A DNA stretch of 64,000 bases from an uncultured delta proteobacterium (GTDB lineage Bacteria; Myxococcota; Kuafuiibacteriia; Kuafuiibacteriales; Kuafuiibacteriaceae). Position 1 is the first letter of the stretch; each line of letters opens with the position of its first letter. The position numbers and the translations under genes are program-made. Below, piece by piece: positions 30,243-39,822 of this stretch. Location of the stretch: the NCBI GenBank assembly GCA_963803435.1, contig CAWDML010000001.1:1376001-1440000 (forward strand), read 5' to 3'. The notes under the pieces are model-generated. The model saw only the letters and a list, made by a program, of their open reading frames with translations. It ran no database searches and was not told the origin of the DNA.

Positions 30243-31334
30243 ATGACGGCGCTCGTCTCACGCGCGGTGCACCCGTGTCGGCCGAGGCCTGCGTGCGCCG
30301 AGAGGACGTGCGTCGCAGAGGCTCCGACGTTCGAAGCGGGTCCGCCGGCGTGCGCCAGCCCGACGGCGCACGCGCCTTCCCTCGGCCCGACCACGCTCTG
30401 GGGGCGAGCCGTCTCGTTCGCGCTCACGGTGGGACGCAGCGCCGCGATCGCCCTTCCCTTCCTGCTGGCGGCCCAGCTGGCCGACGGGCACGCGCAGCTC
30501 GGTGGGGCGAGGGCGGAGGTCGCGTCCATCCGGTTCGATCGCGGGGCCGCGGCGCGATACTTCGTCCAGCGATCCGGCGGCGCCATCCGCGAGGTCGCGA
30601 ACCCGTTCCCCGGGAGCACGCTCTTCGAGCCGACGGGCCGGTCGAAGGGCGCCGCCATCCTGCTGCTCCACGGGAGCGAGGGCGGCAGCCAGCCCTACTC
30701 GATGGCGGACGCGGCAGAGCTCGCCGCCCACGGCTATACGGCGCTGGCGTTCTCGTACTTCGACGTCCCGGGGTCGGAGCTCCCGGCCAAGCTCCTCGAG
30801 GTCCCGCTCGAGCGCGCGCAGGCGGCGGCCGACTGGCTCCGCGCCCGCTACGGCAAGGTCGGGCTCAAGGGTGTCTCCCGCGGCGGCGAGCTGGCGCTCG
30901 AGCTCGCGAGCCTCGATCCGGGGATGAAGCGCTTCGCCGCCGTCGTGGGGGAGGTTCCCTCTTCCCAGATCTGGGGCGCCTGGGATCAACGCGCGCAGGC
31001 ACCCATCACCGGCGCGCGCGGCCGGATCCGTCCCGCATGGACGCTGGGAGGACGGCCGATCGACGAGGGCGAGCCGATCGCGCTCGAACGCTACCCGGGC
31101 CCCATCTTTCTGCGCGGCTCCGGTCGTGACGAGGTCTGGCCCTCTCAGGACTTCGTGCGGCAGCTCCAGCGACGCCTGAAGCAAAACGGCAAGAGGGCGG
31201 AGGTCCACATCTTCCCCCGCGAGCATCACGTGCTCAGCGACCGAGGGCAGGCGAGAGCAGACGCGCTGCTGGTGGACTTCTTCGATCGCGCGCTGCGCAT
31301 GCGTGCGGGCGCCGACCCACACCACGCGCTTTGA
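30243..31334 (+). CDS. Alpha/beta hydrolase, BAAT/acyl-CoA thioesterase-like, with N-terminal extension
   Basis: HGSEGG, GVSRGGELAL nucleophile elbow, DEVWPS, HH. Confidence 0.8.
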   Translation: MTALVSRAVHPCRPRPACAERTCVAEAPTFEAGPPACASPTAHAPSLGPTTLWGRAVSFALTVGRSAAIALPFLLAAQLADGHAQLGGARAEVASIRFDRGAAARYFVQRSGGAIREVANPFPGSTLFEPTGRSKGAAILLLHGSEGGSQPYSMADAAELAAHGYTALAFSYFDVPGSELPAKLLEVPLERAQAAADWLRARYGKVGLKGVSRGGELALELASLDPGMKRFAAVVGEVPSSQIWGAWDQRAQAPITGARGRIRPAWTLGGRPIDEGEPIALERYPGPIFLRGSGRDEVWPSQDFVRQLQRRLKQNGKRAEVHIFPREHHVLSDRGQARADALLVDFFDRALRMRAGADPHHAL

Positions 31335-31358
31335 CGCGCGCCCGTCAGCCCAGCCGAC
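31331..31358 (+). promoter_or_regulatory. Putative upstream activator sequence, copy 1 (fliM)
   Basis: TTGACGCGCGCCCGTCAGCCCAGCCGAC, 69 bp upstream of the sigma54 box. Confidence 0.7.
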
Positions 31359-31399
31359 GCATGCCTTGGAGCGAGACGCCTTCCCGACCCACTTCCACT

Positions 31400-31415
31400 T
31401 GGCACTCGCATTGCT
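31400..31415 (+). promoter_or_regulatory. Sigma54 promoter (fliM operon)
   Basis: TGGCACTCGCATTGCT, near-perfect consensus. Confidence 0.85.
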
Positions 31416-31427
31416 CATGGCATCCGC

Positions 31428-32367
31428 GTGGTCCACGGCGTCCTGAATCCCGAAGAAATGGAGGCGATCCGGAAGAAGCTGGCGCCTCAGGGCCTGGCTC
31501 CCCTCTCGGAGCCGCAGCCCGAGCCCACGCCGATCCCGCTGATCGCCGACGATCACGCCGGGTCGCGCGCCAAGCCCGAGGCGCTCCGCATCCTCAACGG
31601 GTGGCTGCCGCACATGCTGAAGCTGGTGCGACGCGCGATCACCGTGCCGCTGCAGGTCGGAGTTGCAGACGCGAGCATCGTCGAAGGCGCGGCGCTCCGG
31701 GAGGAGCTCGAGGGCACCTGGATGCGGTTCGCGCGGGGTCCCAAGCGGGACGCGCTGGTGCTGTCCTTCGGCGGCCCGATCGTCGAGCACGTGGCGGCCC
31801 GCCTGCTGGGGAGCCGCAACGAAGAGGCGAGGCCGGAGGAAGGTCCGCGCCGCCGCAGCACCTCGAACATCGGCCGCAAGCTGTTCTCCCGTGTCGGTGA
31901 TCTGGCGCTCTCGTCGCTCACCATCCACTGGCAGGACCAGCTCGGCATCGGCCTGATCCCGGTGACCGTCGACGGCGACATCACCGACCTCAAGCGCTCG
32001 TTCTTCGCCTCCGACGTCCTCGTGTGCGCCGCGGTCGACTTCACGGCGCCCGCTGGCGGACGCCTGGTGGTCGCGGGCCGGCCCAACGCGTTCTTGAGCC
32101 GGGCCCCGGAGGTCTCCTTCCAGACGGTCTCGCGCCGCGCCGTGGAGAACGCGCTCGGTACCGTCCCGGTCGAGGTGAGCGTGGAGCTCGGACGTACGTC
32201 GCTGACGATGCGCGAGATCGCGACCCTCGCCCCGGGCTCATTCATCGAACTCTCCTCGACGGTCGACACGCCGCTGCCGATCCGCTGCGAGGGCGTCCTC
32301 AAGGCATACGGCCGCCCGGTCGTGTCCGAAGGCGCCGTCGCCGTCGAGATCATTCTCTTGGAGGTAA
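31428..32367 (+). CDS. fliM: Divergent flagellar switch protein FliM (reads through into fliN in this sequence)
   Basis: N-terminal VLNPEEMEAI, C-terminal SpoA domain VEVSVELGRT...G. A stop at 32365-32367 is in the +1 frame. Confidence 0.75.
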
Positions 32368-32369
32368 CC

Positions 32370-32675
32370 ATGACGGCTGAACACGAATCTCTCGCCAACG
32401 CTCCGAACCCGGCCTCGATCTCGCTCGAGAACATGCTGAGCGACGTCCCGCTCCAGATCTCGGTGGAGCTCGGCCGCATCACGATGAGCCTCCGCGAGGT
32501 CGCGGATCGGCTCACGCCCGGCGCCGTGGTCTCGCTGGCCAAGGTGGCGGGTGAGAAGCTCGACGTGCGCATCAACAACCACCTGGTCGCTCGCGGCGAG
32601 GCGGTGGCGGTCGGCGATCGCTACGGCATCCGGATCACCGATCTGGTCAGCTCGATCGACGGGAGAACGAAGTGA
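32370..32675 (+). CDS. fliN: Flagellar switch protein FliN
   Basis: DVPLQISVELGR, VARGEAV, YGIRIT; own GGAGG and ATG. Confidence 0.88.
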   Translation: MTAEHESLANAPNPASISLENMLSDVPLQISVELGRITMSLREVADRLTPGAVVSLAKVAGEKLDVRINNHLVARGEAVAVGDRYGIRITDLVSSIDGRTK

Positions 32676-33164
32676 TGGATCCCTCCGCCCTCGCCTTCTG
32701 CGCCCTGCTCGCCTCGGCGGCCCCCGCGGGCCACGAGACGCATCTCGCGCAGCCGGACCCCACGCCGCCGTTCAAGCCGCTGGCGGTGACGCTGGCGCTG
32801 CTCGCAGCGGGCGCCGGCGCGTTCATCCTCACCAAGAAGATGAAGAAGGACGGCGCGGACACCGGTCGATCGATCGAGGTGGTCGCCTCCAAGATGCTCA
32901 CCCCCAAGGTGCGTGTGGTCCTGGTGCGCACCGACGGCCGTGAGTTCCTCCTCTCGGTGGGGACCGAAGGCGCGGCCCTGATCAGCGAGTGGGCGGACGA
33001 CACCGCCGACATCGAGGTACCCCAGAATCGAATCGGCGGTTCCGGTCGCACCGATCGCACCGCCGACGCCGCGCGTGGAGCCGGCCGCGGTGGTCGACTG
33101 GTCCCCGGCCGTCGACGGTCTCATGGCCCTCCGCAAGAAGACCACCCGACGGAGCCACGCGTGA
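32672..33164 (+). CDS. fliO: Flagellar biogenesis protein FliO (apparent +1 frameshift ~33025-33029)
   Basis: TM helix, IEVVASKMLTPK, VVLVR, FLLSV. The +1 frame ends in a GTGA overlap with fliP. Confidence 0.7.
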
Positions 33165-33799
33165 GCGACCTCGGCCCATCGTCTGCAATCCAGCTTGCAG
33201 TCGTCCTCACCCTGATCACGCTGGCCCCCGCCCTCGTGCTCACCTGCACCACCTTCGCGCGCTTCGCGATCGTGTTCAGCTTCATGAAGCTGGGCCTGGG
33301 CACGCAGGGATCGCCGCCCAGCCAGGTCCTGGCCGGGCTCTCGCTGTTCATGACGATGTTCGTGATGGCGCCGGTGGCGGAGAAGATCCACACGGCTGCG
33401 CTCGCGCCCTACCTCGCCCACGAGATGGACGAGACCCAGGCGCTCGAGGCCGCCACGCCGCCGCTGCGGGGCTTCCTGCTGGCCCACACCGCCGAGAGCG
33501 ATCTGGGCCTGTTCTACGAGGTCTCCGACCTGGCCCGGCCCGACAGCCCCGACGACGTCCCGCTCCGGATCGCCGTGCCCGCCTTCGTCCTGTCGGAGCT
33601 CCGCACCGCCTTCCAGATGGGCTTCCTGGTCCTCCTCCCGTTCCTCATCATCGACCTCATCGTCGCCACCGTGCTCTCCAGCCTGGGCATGGTGATGTTG
33701 CCGCCGGCGGTCGTCGCCATGCCGATCAAGCTCCTGGTCTTCCTCGCGGCGGACGGCTGGTACCTGATGGTCGGCTCCCTCCTGAGAGGGGCGATGTGA
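33161..33799 (+). CDS. fliP: Flagellar export gate protein FliP
   Basis: TFARFAIVFS, LGTQGSPPSQVL, PAFVLSELRTAF, GMVMLPP, DGW. Confidence 0.93.
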   Translation: MSDLGPSSAIQLAVVLTLITLAPALVLTCTTFARFAIVFSFMKLGLGTQGSPPSQVLAGLSLFMTMFVMAPVAEKIHTAALAPYLAHEMDETQALEAATPPLRGFLLAHTAESDLGLFYEVSDLARPDSPDDVPLRIAVPAFVLSELRTAFQMGFLVLLPFLIIDLIVATVLSSLGMVMLPPAVVAMPIKLLVFLAADGWYLMVGSLLRGAM

Positions 33800-34071
33800 T
33801 GGGCTCTCTGTTCGATCTCTGGCAGCAGGCGCTGATGGTCCTGGTGGTCGTCGGCGGCCCGTTCGTGTGCGCCGCGCTCGCTGTCGGTCTTTTGACCTCC
33901 CTGTTTCAGACCGCGACGCAGCTCCAGGAGAACGTGATCGCGTTCGTCCCCAAGCTCATCGCGATCGGCGCCGTCCTCACCTTCGGCGGCGCCTGGCTCC
34001 TCTCCCAGCTCGTCCGCTACTTCGACGCCGTCGGTCTCGCCGTCGAGCAGCTGGGCCGCATCTCGAATTGA
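33799..34071 (+). CDS. fliQ: Flagellar export gate protein FliQ
   Basis: FQTATQLQENVIAFVPK. Confidence 0.92.
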   Translation: MGSLFDLWQQALMVLVVVGGPFVCAALAVGLLTSLFQTATQLQENVIAFVPKLIAIGAVLTFGGAWLLSQLVRYFDAVGLAVEQLGRISN

Positions 34072-34095
34072 CGCGCCGTCGTCAGTCCCCCCGAC
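34068..34095 (+). promoter_or_regulatory. Putative upstream activator sequence, copy 2 (fliR)
   Basis: TTGACGCGCCGTCGTCAGTCCCCCCGAC, 68 bp upstream of the sigma54 box. Confidence 0.7.
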
Positions 34096-34135
34096 GCTCG
34101 CCCCTCTCACCCGAACAACCTCGCAGCACGACGGT

Positions 34136-34151
34136 TGGTCTCGAGCTTGCA
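34136..34151 (+). promoter_or_regulatory. Sigma54 promoter (fliR-flhB operon)
   Basis: TGGTCTCGAGCTTGCA. Confidence 0.7.
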
Positions 34152-34165
34152 CAAGCCACCGCTCG

Positions 34166-34888
34166 GTGCTGAGCGAAGCACATACCGCGGGCTTTCTGAT
34201 GATGTTCGCCCGTACCGCCGCCTGGGCGCAGGCGGCGCCGCTGGTCGGTGATCGCGTGGTGCCGGCCCGCGTGCGCGTGCTGTTCGCCGCCGGCGTGGCG
34301 GCGCCGCTGTCGCTCCTGCGCGCGGATGCCGACTACTCCCACCTGATCGCGACGCTCCCGTTCGAGATCCTCTTCGGTCTCCTGGCCGGCGCCGCCGCGC
34401 GGCTGATCCTGGCCGGCGCCGAGGCCGGCGGACAGCTCATCGGCCTGCAGCTCGGTCTCGGGTTCGCCGGGACCTACGACCCGATGGCGCAGGACGAATC
34501 GCTGCCGACGCGCCGGATCGCCTACGCGCTGGCCGCCCTCGCCTTCCTCTCGGCCGGCGGCCTCGAGGAGTCGATCCGGGTCCTCTCGCTCCCGCTCCCG
34601 ACCGACCTCACGCAGGCGCCGCTCCTGGCGCTCGCGCGCGAGGGCGCCGACGTCCTCTACACCGCCGCCCGCCTGGCCGCCCCGCTGCTCCTCGCCGGCC
34701 TGGTCGCGAACGTCACCGTCGCCTTCGCCTCCAAGGCCGCGCCCGCGCTCAACGTCTTCTCGGTGATGCTGGCGCTCTTCTGGATCGTCGGCGTCGCCGT
34801 CCTGCTGGTCACCGCGCCGCTGACCGCGCGCGAGCTCTCGAACGTCGGCCTCATGGCGCGCGACGCGATCGGGAGGATCCTCGGATGA
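34166..34888 (+). CDS. fliR: Flagellar export gate protein FliR
   Basis: VPARVR, AGGQLIGLQLGLGF, KAAPALNVF. Confidence 0.9.
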   Translation: MLSEAHTAGFLMMFARTAAWAQAAPLVGDRVVPARVRVLFAAGVAAPLSLLRADADYSHLIATLPFEILFGLLAGAAARLILAGAEAGGQLIGLQLGLGFAGTYDPMAQDESLPTRRIAYALAALAFLSAGGLEESIRVLSLPLPTDLTQAPLLALAREGADVLYTAARLAAPLLLAGLVANVTVAFASKAAPALNVFSVMLALFWIVGVAVLLVTAPLTARELSNVGLMARDAIGRILG

Positions 34889-35946
34889 GCAACGAAGACC
34901 GCGATCGCAGGACCATCGAGCCGACTCCGCACCGTATCGCGGAGTTCAGGAAGCGCGGCGAGGTCGCCCGCTCCCCCAATCTCGGCGCCGCCGTCACCTC
35001 CGTCGCCGGCGCGCTCACCGCGGTGGCGATGTTCGGGACTGCACGCGGCTCGGTGGTCGAGTTCTTCCGCTCGACGCTCGGGTCGCTCGACCAGGGCCTC
35101 ACCCCCGCGCTGGCGGGACAGAGCGCGGTGGTGTTCGTGGGCGCCTGCCTCCCGGCCGCCGGCGGAGCGCTCGCCGGATACCTCGCCAGCACGGCGCTGC
35201 AGATCGGCGCCCCGCCGTCCCTGGCCCCGTTCAAGTTCGAGCCGCAGCGCGCGTTCCAGCTCAGCGGCCTCAAGCAGCTCTTCGACCTGCGAGAATCGGC
35301 CTGGCGCGTCCTCAAGTCCGTCCTCAAGCTGGCCCTGGTCGGCGCCTTCGCCTGGGGCGGCCTCTCGTCGGACCTCGACGCGATCTCGGTCAGCGGCAAC
35401 CTCAGCGCCGACGGGATCCTCGAGTTCGTCGCGCACTCGATCGGCCGCCTGGTCGCCTCCGCGGGCATCGCGCTGGTCGTGCTCGGCATCGCCGACTTCG
35501 TGGTCTCGAAGCGCCGCCTGATGGCGCGCATGCGCATGACGCCCGAGGAGCTCAAGCGCGAGATGAAGGACCAGGAAGGCGATCCGGACATCAAGCGGCG
35601 GCGCCGGGCCCGCATGCGCGAGCTCGCGCGCCGGCGCATCGCGGTCGAGGTCCCCAAGGCGGACGTCATCGTCCTCAACCCGACGCACTACGCCGTCGCG
35701 ATCCGCTACCGGTCGGAGGAAGGCGGCGCGCCGCGCGTGGTCGCCAAGGGCAAGGACGCCGTCGCCGCCAAGATCCGCGAGATCGCCCGCGCCAACGACA
35801 TCCCGATGCTCCGCAAGCCCTCGCTGGCCCGGCTGCTCTACAAGACCGTTCGCGAGGGCGCCGAGATCCCGCCGAACCTCTACCGCGCGGTGGCTGAGGT
35901 CCTCGCGTACATCTACCGGCTCCGCAAGGGGAGGACCGCCTCATGA
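34885..35946 (+). CDS. flhB: Flagellar export switch protein FlhB
   Basis: EPTPHR, GEVARS, EGDPDIK, intact NPTH autocleavage motif. Confidence 0.95.
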   Translation: MSNEDRDRRTIEPTPHRIAEFRKRGEVARSPNLGAAVTSVAGALTAVAMFGTARGSVVEFFRSTLGSLDQGLTPALAGQSAVVFVGACLPAAGGALAGYLASTALQIGAPPSLAPFKFEPQRAFQLSGLKQLFDLRESAWRVLKSVLKLALVGAFAWGGLSSDLDAISVSGNLSADGILEFVAHSIGRLVASAGIALVVLGIADFVVSKRRLMARMRMTPEELKREMKDQEGDPDIKRRRRARMRELARRRIAVEVPKADVIVLNPTHYAVAIRYRSEEGGAPRVVAKGKDAVAAKIREIARANDIPMLRKPSLARLLYKTVREGAEIPPNLYRAVAEVLAYIYRLRKGRTAS

Positions 35947-38009
35947 CGACCGTCGCGCTTCCCCGGCCCTCCGCGAGCAACTCGGCGGCGTCCCTGTTCC
36001 TCTTGGGCGCCGTGATGCTCACGGTCGTCCCGCTGCCGGCGCCGCTGCTCGATCTCTTCCTGGCCTTCAGCCTCTGCCTCGCCCTCCTCACCTTCATGGT
36101 GGCGCTGTTCGTCGAGAAGCCCCTCGAGTTCTCCTCGTTCCCCTCGCTGCTCCTCCTGGTGACGCTGTTCCGGCTGTCGCTCAACGTCGCCACCACGCGC
36201 CGCATCCTGCTGCACGGCGGAGAAGGGGTAGACGCGGCCGGCGGGATCATCGCCGCGTTCGGCGAGTTCGCCGTCGGCGGCAACTACGTCGTCGGCGCCG
36301 TGGTGTTCCTCATCCTGGTGGTCGTCAACTTCATCGTCATCACCAAGGGCGCCGAGCGCATCTCCGAGGTGGCCGCCCGCTTCACCCTCGACTCGATGCC
36401 CGGCAAGCAGATGGCCATCGACGCCGACCTCGGCGCCGGCCTCATCACCGAGGACGACGCCCGCGATCGCCGCCACCAGATCGAGGCACAGGCCGACTTC
36501 TACGGCGCCATGGACGGCGCCTCCAAGTTCGTCCGCGGCGACGCCGTCGCCGGCCTCCTCATCACCGCCATCAACATCGTCGGCGGCATCTTGGTCGGCA
36601 TGGTCCAGAACGGGATGTCGATCGCCGACGCCGCCAAGACCTTCACCATCCTCTCCATCGGCGACGGCCTGGTCTCCCAGATCCCGGCGCTGCTCGTCTC
36701 CACCGGCGCGGCCCTGCTCACCACGCGCAGCGGCACGCAGGGCGACCTCGGCCTCTCGCTGGGCCAGCAGCTGTTCGCGCGGCCCCGCCCCCTGACCGTG
36801 GCGGCGTTCGCGATGTGCGGGTTGGCGCTGGTCCCGGGCATGCCGCACCTGGTCCTGCTCGGGCTCGGCGGCGGGCTGGTGATGATCTCGCGCCGACGCC
36901 GCAGTGCGCCCGGCACCGCGGAGTCCAAGGTCGAGCGCCCGAAGGTCGAGGACAAGCTGGATCCGAACGCCCAGAAGGCCGAGATCGCCGACCTCCTCCC
37001 GGTCGACCTCCTCTCCATCCGCGTGGCCCTCGACCTGCTGCCGCTGGTCGACGCCGATCGCAACGGCGAGCTCCTGGTCCGGATCGCCTCCATCCGCAAG
37101 CAGCTGGCCCTCGAGCTGGGCGTGATCATGCCGCCGGTCCACGTGCAGGACGACCTGCAGCTCAGCTCAGGCGACTACGAGGTGCTGATCTCGGGCGTCC
37201 CGCTGGCGAAGGGCCGCGTCCGACTGGGCCGCCTCCTCGCGATCGACCCCACCGGGACCTGCACCCACAAGCTCGCGGGCGAGGCCTGCGAGGAGCCGGC
37301 GTTCGGCCTGCCCGCCAAGTGGATCACGGCCTCGCTCCGCGACCGCGCCGAGAGCGACGGCTGCACCGTGGTCGACCCCTCCGCGGTGATCGCGACGCAC
37401 CTGACCCACGTGATCCGCTCGCACGCCCACGAGCTCCTCGGCCGCGCCGAGGCGCAGGAGCTGATCGACATCGCGGCGCGGCAGAACGAGAAGGTGGTCG
37501 AGGAGCTCATCCCGACCGTCCTCCCGCTCTCCGAGGTCATCAAGGTCTTCCGCGGCCTGCTGCGCGAGTCGATCTCGATCCGCGACGTTCGCACCATCCT
37601 CGAGTGCCTGGCGGATCACGCGGCTGTCACCAAGAACCCCGCGGATCTGACCGAGCTGGTCCGCCAGCGGCTGGCCCGGCAGATCACACAGGCCAACGTC
37701 GACGCCAAGGGCGAGCTCTCCGCGATGATCCTGGCGCCGCAGGTCGAGGCCGTCTTCCGGCCCGGCCGCGAGTCGCTCAGCCCCGACGCCCTCTCGCGCG
37801 CCGCCGCCGCCATCGAGCGCGCCGCCAAGGCCGCCTCACTCTCTGACGACTCGCTGGTGCTGGTGGTCGCGCCCGACGTACGGCGCACCATCGCCGAGAT
37901 CGCGCTCCGGCACGTGCCGGGCCTCTCGGTGCTCAGCTTCCGCGAGATCGACCCGAGCGTTCCGCTCGTGACCCGCCGCATCGTCGGCTTCGAGGAGTCC
38001 GCTTCATGA
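35943..38009 (+). CDS. flhA: Flagellar export protein FlhA
   Basis: EVAARFTLDSMPGKQMAIDADL, FYGAMDGASKFVRGDA, IGDGLVSQIP. Confidence 0.96.
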   Translation: MTTVALPRPSASNSAASLFLLGAVMLTVVPLPAPLLDLFLAFSLCLALLTFMVALFVEKPLEFSSFPSLLLLVTLFRLSLNVATTRRILLHGGEGVDAAGGIIAAFGEFAVGGNYVVGAVVFLILVVVNFIVITKGAERISEVAARFTLDSMPGKQMAIDADLGAGLITEDDARDRRHQIEAQADFYGAMDGASKFVRGDAVAGLLITAINIVGGILVGMVQNGMSIADAAKTFTILSIGDGLVSQIPALLVSTGAALLTTRSGTQGDLGLSLGQQLFARPRPLTVAAFAMCGLALVPGMPHLVLLGLGGGLVMISRRRRSAPGTAESKVERPKVEDKLDPNAQKAEIADLLPVDLLSIRVALDLLPLVDADRNGELLVRIASIRKQLALELGVIMPPVHVQDDLQLSSGDYEVLISGVPLAKGRVRLGRLLAIDPTGTCTHKLAGEACEEPAFGLPAKWITASLRDRAESDGCTVVDPSAVIATHLTHVIRSHAHELLGRAEAQELIDIAARQNEKVVEELIPTVLPLSEVIKVFRGLLRESISIRDVRTILECLADHAAVTKNPADLTELVRQRLARQITQANVDAKGELSAMILAPQVEAVFRPGRESLSPDALSRAAAAIERAAKAASLSDDSLVLVVAPDVRRTIAEIALRHVPGLSVLSFREIDPSVPLVTRRIVGFEESAS

Positions 38010-39001
38010 AACTTCGTAAGTTCGTCGCCGCCCGCACCACGGATGCCCTGGCGCAGATCAAGGCCGAGCTCGGGCCCGACGCGATCATCGTGTCGATCCG
38101 AGATCTGCCGAAGAGCGCAGGGGGACCGAAGGTCGAGGTGACCGCCGCCGTCGATCCGACGGACGAGGCGCCCACGCCCAAGGCCTCGACCGTGGCCGCC
38201 GACCCGGACATGAGCGCACTCCGCTCGGAGATCGAAGCGCTGCGCCGCGAGGTCTCCTCCTCCGGCGAGAGCGCCTCGCTGAAGAACGAGCTCGACGACC
38301 TGAGGCAGCTGATCATGACCCAGCGCGTCGACACCGTGGACGGCTCGACGCTCCGCACCGTCGCCCGCGGCCGTACGCTGACCGCGCCCTCCGACAGCCG
38401 GGTGGTGGCGGTGGTGGGTCCGACCGGGGCCGGCAAGACGACGACCATCGCCAAGATCGCCGCGCGGGCCGCACTCGTCCGCACCGAGTCGGTCGCGATC
38501 ATCACGCTCGATACGTACCGCGTGGGTGGCGAGCAGCAGATGCGGATCTTCGCCGACCTGATCGGCGCCCCGCTCTACACCGTCCGCGACCCGACCAAGC
38601 TCCCGGAGATCGTCTCCCGGCTGGCTGCGTACGACCGGATCTACATCGACACGGCCGGCCGCAGCCCCTCCGCCGAGGCGGAGATCAACCTGACCATGTC
38701 CGCCCTGGCCGCCGTCGACGGGGTCGAGGTCCACCTGGTCGTCCCCGCGGACTCGCGCGCCGGCACCATCGACCGCTGGGTCGAACGGATCGGCAAGAGC
38801 CGGGTCGACCGCTTGCTCTTCACGAAGATCGACGAGGCCGAGACCCTCTCCGAGGTCGTCCTCGCGCCGGTGCGCCTCGGGTGCCCGGTCAGCTTCATCA
38901 CCACCGGGCAGCGCGTGCCCGAGGACATCGTACAGGCCACCGACGGCCGGCTGCTCGCGATCGCGGGCGAAGGTGCGCGCGGAAAGAAGGAGGCTGCGTA
39001 A
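38006..39001 (+). CDS. flhF: SRP-type GTPase FlhF
   Basis: GPTGAGKTTTIAK, DTYRVGG, DTAGR, TKIDE, GQRVPED. Confidence 0.93.
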   Translation: MKLRKFVAARTTDALAQIKAELGPDAIIVSIRDLPKSAGGPKVEVTAAVDPTDEAPTPKASTVAADPDMSALRSEIEALRREVSSSGESASLKNELDDLRQLIMTQRVDTVDGSTLRTVARGRTLTAPSDSRVVAVVGPTGAGKTTTIAKIAARAALVRTESVAIITLDTYRVGGEQQMRIFADLIGAPLYTVRDPTKLPEIVSRLAAYDRIYIDTAGRSPSAEAEINLTMSALAAVDGVEVHLVVPADSRAGTIDRWVERIGKSRVDRLLFTKIDEAETLSEVVLAPVRLGCPVSFITTGQRVPEDIVQATDGRLLAIAGEGARGKKEAA

Positions 39002-39822
39002 TGAACCAAACGCAAGCCGACGGCATCACCGAGCTCCGTCCCAACAACATCGTCGCCCTGCCGAGCAAGCGGCGCTTCGTCGCCGTCACGGGCGGCAAGG
39101 GCGGCGTCGGCAAGAGCACGATCGCCCTCAACCTCGCGGTCGCCTACGCGCACCGCGGGAACAGCACGATCGCGATCGACGGCGACTTCGGGATGGCGGA
39201 CCTCAATCTGCTGCTCGGGCTCGCTCCGCACCACAGCATGCTGGACGTGGTGGACGGCCTCTCGATCGACGACGCGCTGATCGAGAGCAACGGCATCCAC
39301 CTCCTGCCCGGCCTCAACGGCAGCCACCGGCTCGCCAACGCCGATCGCCAGGCCCACCAGAAGATGATGGAGGTGATCGGACAGCTCCGGCACCGCTTCG
39401 ACACGGTGGTGGTCGACTCGCCGGCGGGCATCGAGAAGAACGCCATGGCGATCACCGCGATGGCCACCGAGGTCCTGGTGGTGGCGACGCCCGAGCCGCT
39501 CTCGCTCGCGGACGCCTATGCGGCGATGAAGATCCTCAACACGATGCACGGGCTCGAGCGGGCCTTCCTGGTCCCGAACCAGATCCGCTCGGCGGGACAG
39601 GCGGACGAGCTGGCCGCGCAGCTCACGGCGCTGGTGGGGCACTTCCTGGGCCTCGAGCTGATCGTCCTCCCGTACATCCCGTACGACGCGGCGGTCCCGC
39701 GGGCGGCCGCGGCCGGCAAGCCGATCATCACCAGCCGCCCCGACTCGCCGATCAGCCGGAGCCTCCACAAGGTGGTGCGCGCCCTGGAGACCCACCTGGG
39801 CACGCCGGAGGTCGCCCGATGA
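39001..39822 (+). CDS. flhG: MinD-like ATPase FlhG/FleN, copy 1
   Basis: GGKGGVGKST, DFGMAD, TPEPLSLADAY; follows flhF. Confidence 0.9.
   Translation: MNQTQADGITELRPNNIVALPSKRRFVAVTGGKGGVGKSTIALNLAVAYAHRGNSTIAIDGDFGMADLNLLLGLAPHHSMLDVVDGLSIDDALIESNGIHLLPGLNGSHRLANADRQAHQKMMEVIGQLRHRFDTVVVDSPAGIEKNAMAITAMATEVLVVATPEPLSLADAYAAMKILNTMHGLERAFLVPNQIRSAGQADELAAQLTALVGHFLGLELIVLPYIPYDAAVPRAAAAGKPIITSRPDSPISRSLHKVVRALETHLGTPEVAR

Noticed and set aside
31428-32675. In-frame FliM-FliN fusion with internal RBS, resembling injectisome SctQ
   Set aside because: Removing one base just after GATC (32348) gives a normal stop at 32365-32367, two bases before the fliN ATG. This matches the +1 error pattern seen elsewhere. 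It would be interesting only if accurate reads confirm the fusion.
32672-33799. FliO-FliP fusion ORF (375 aa)
   Set aside because: The linker is non-protein-like in the fused frame. The +1 frame after GAATC 33025 gives a plausible FliO end with a GTGA overlap onto fliP.
9317-38009. Non-flagellar type III injectisome
   Set aside because: Rod, hook, L/P rings, flagellin and cap are present and no secretin is seen.
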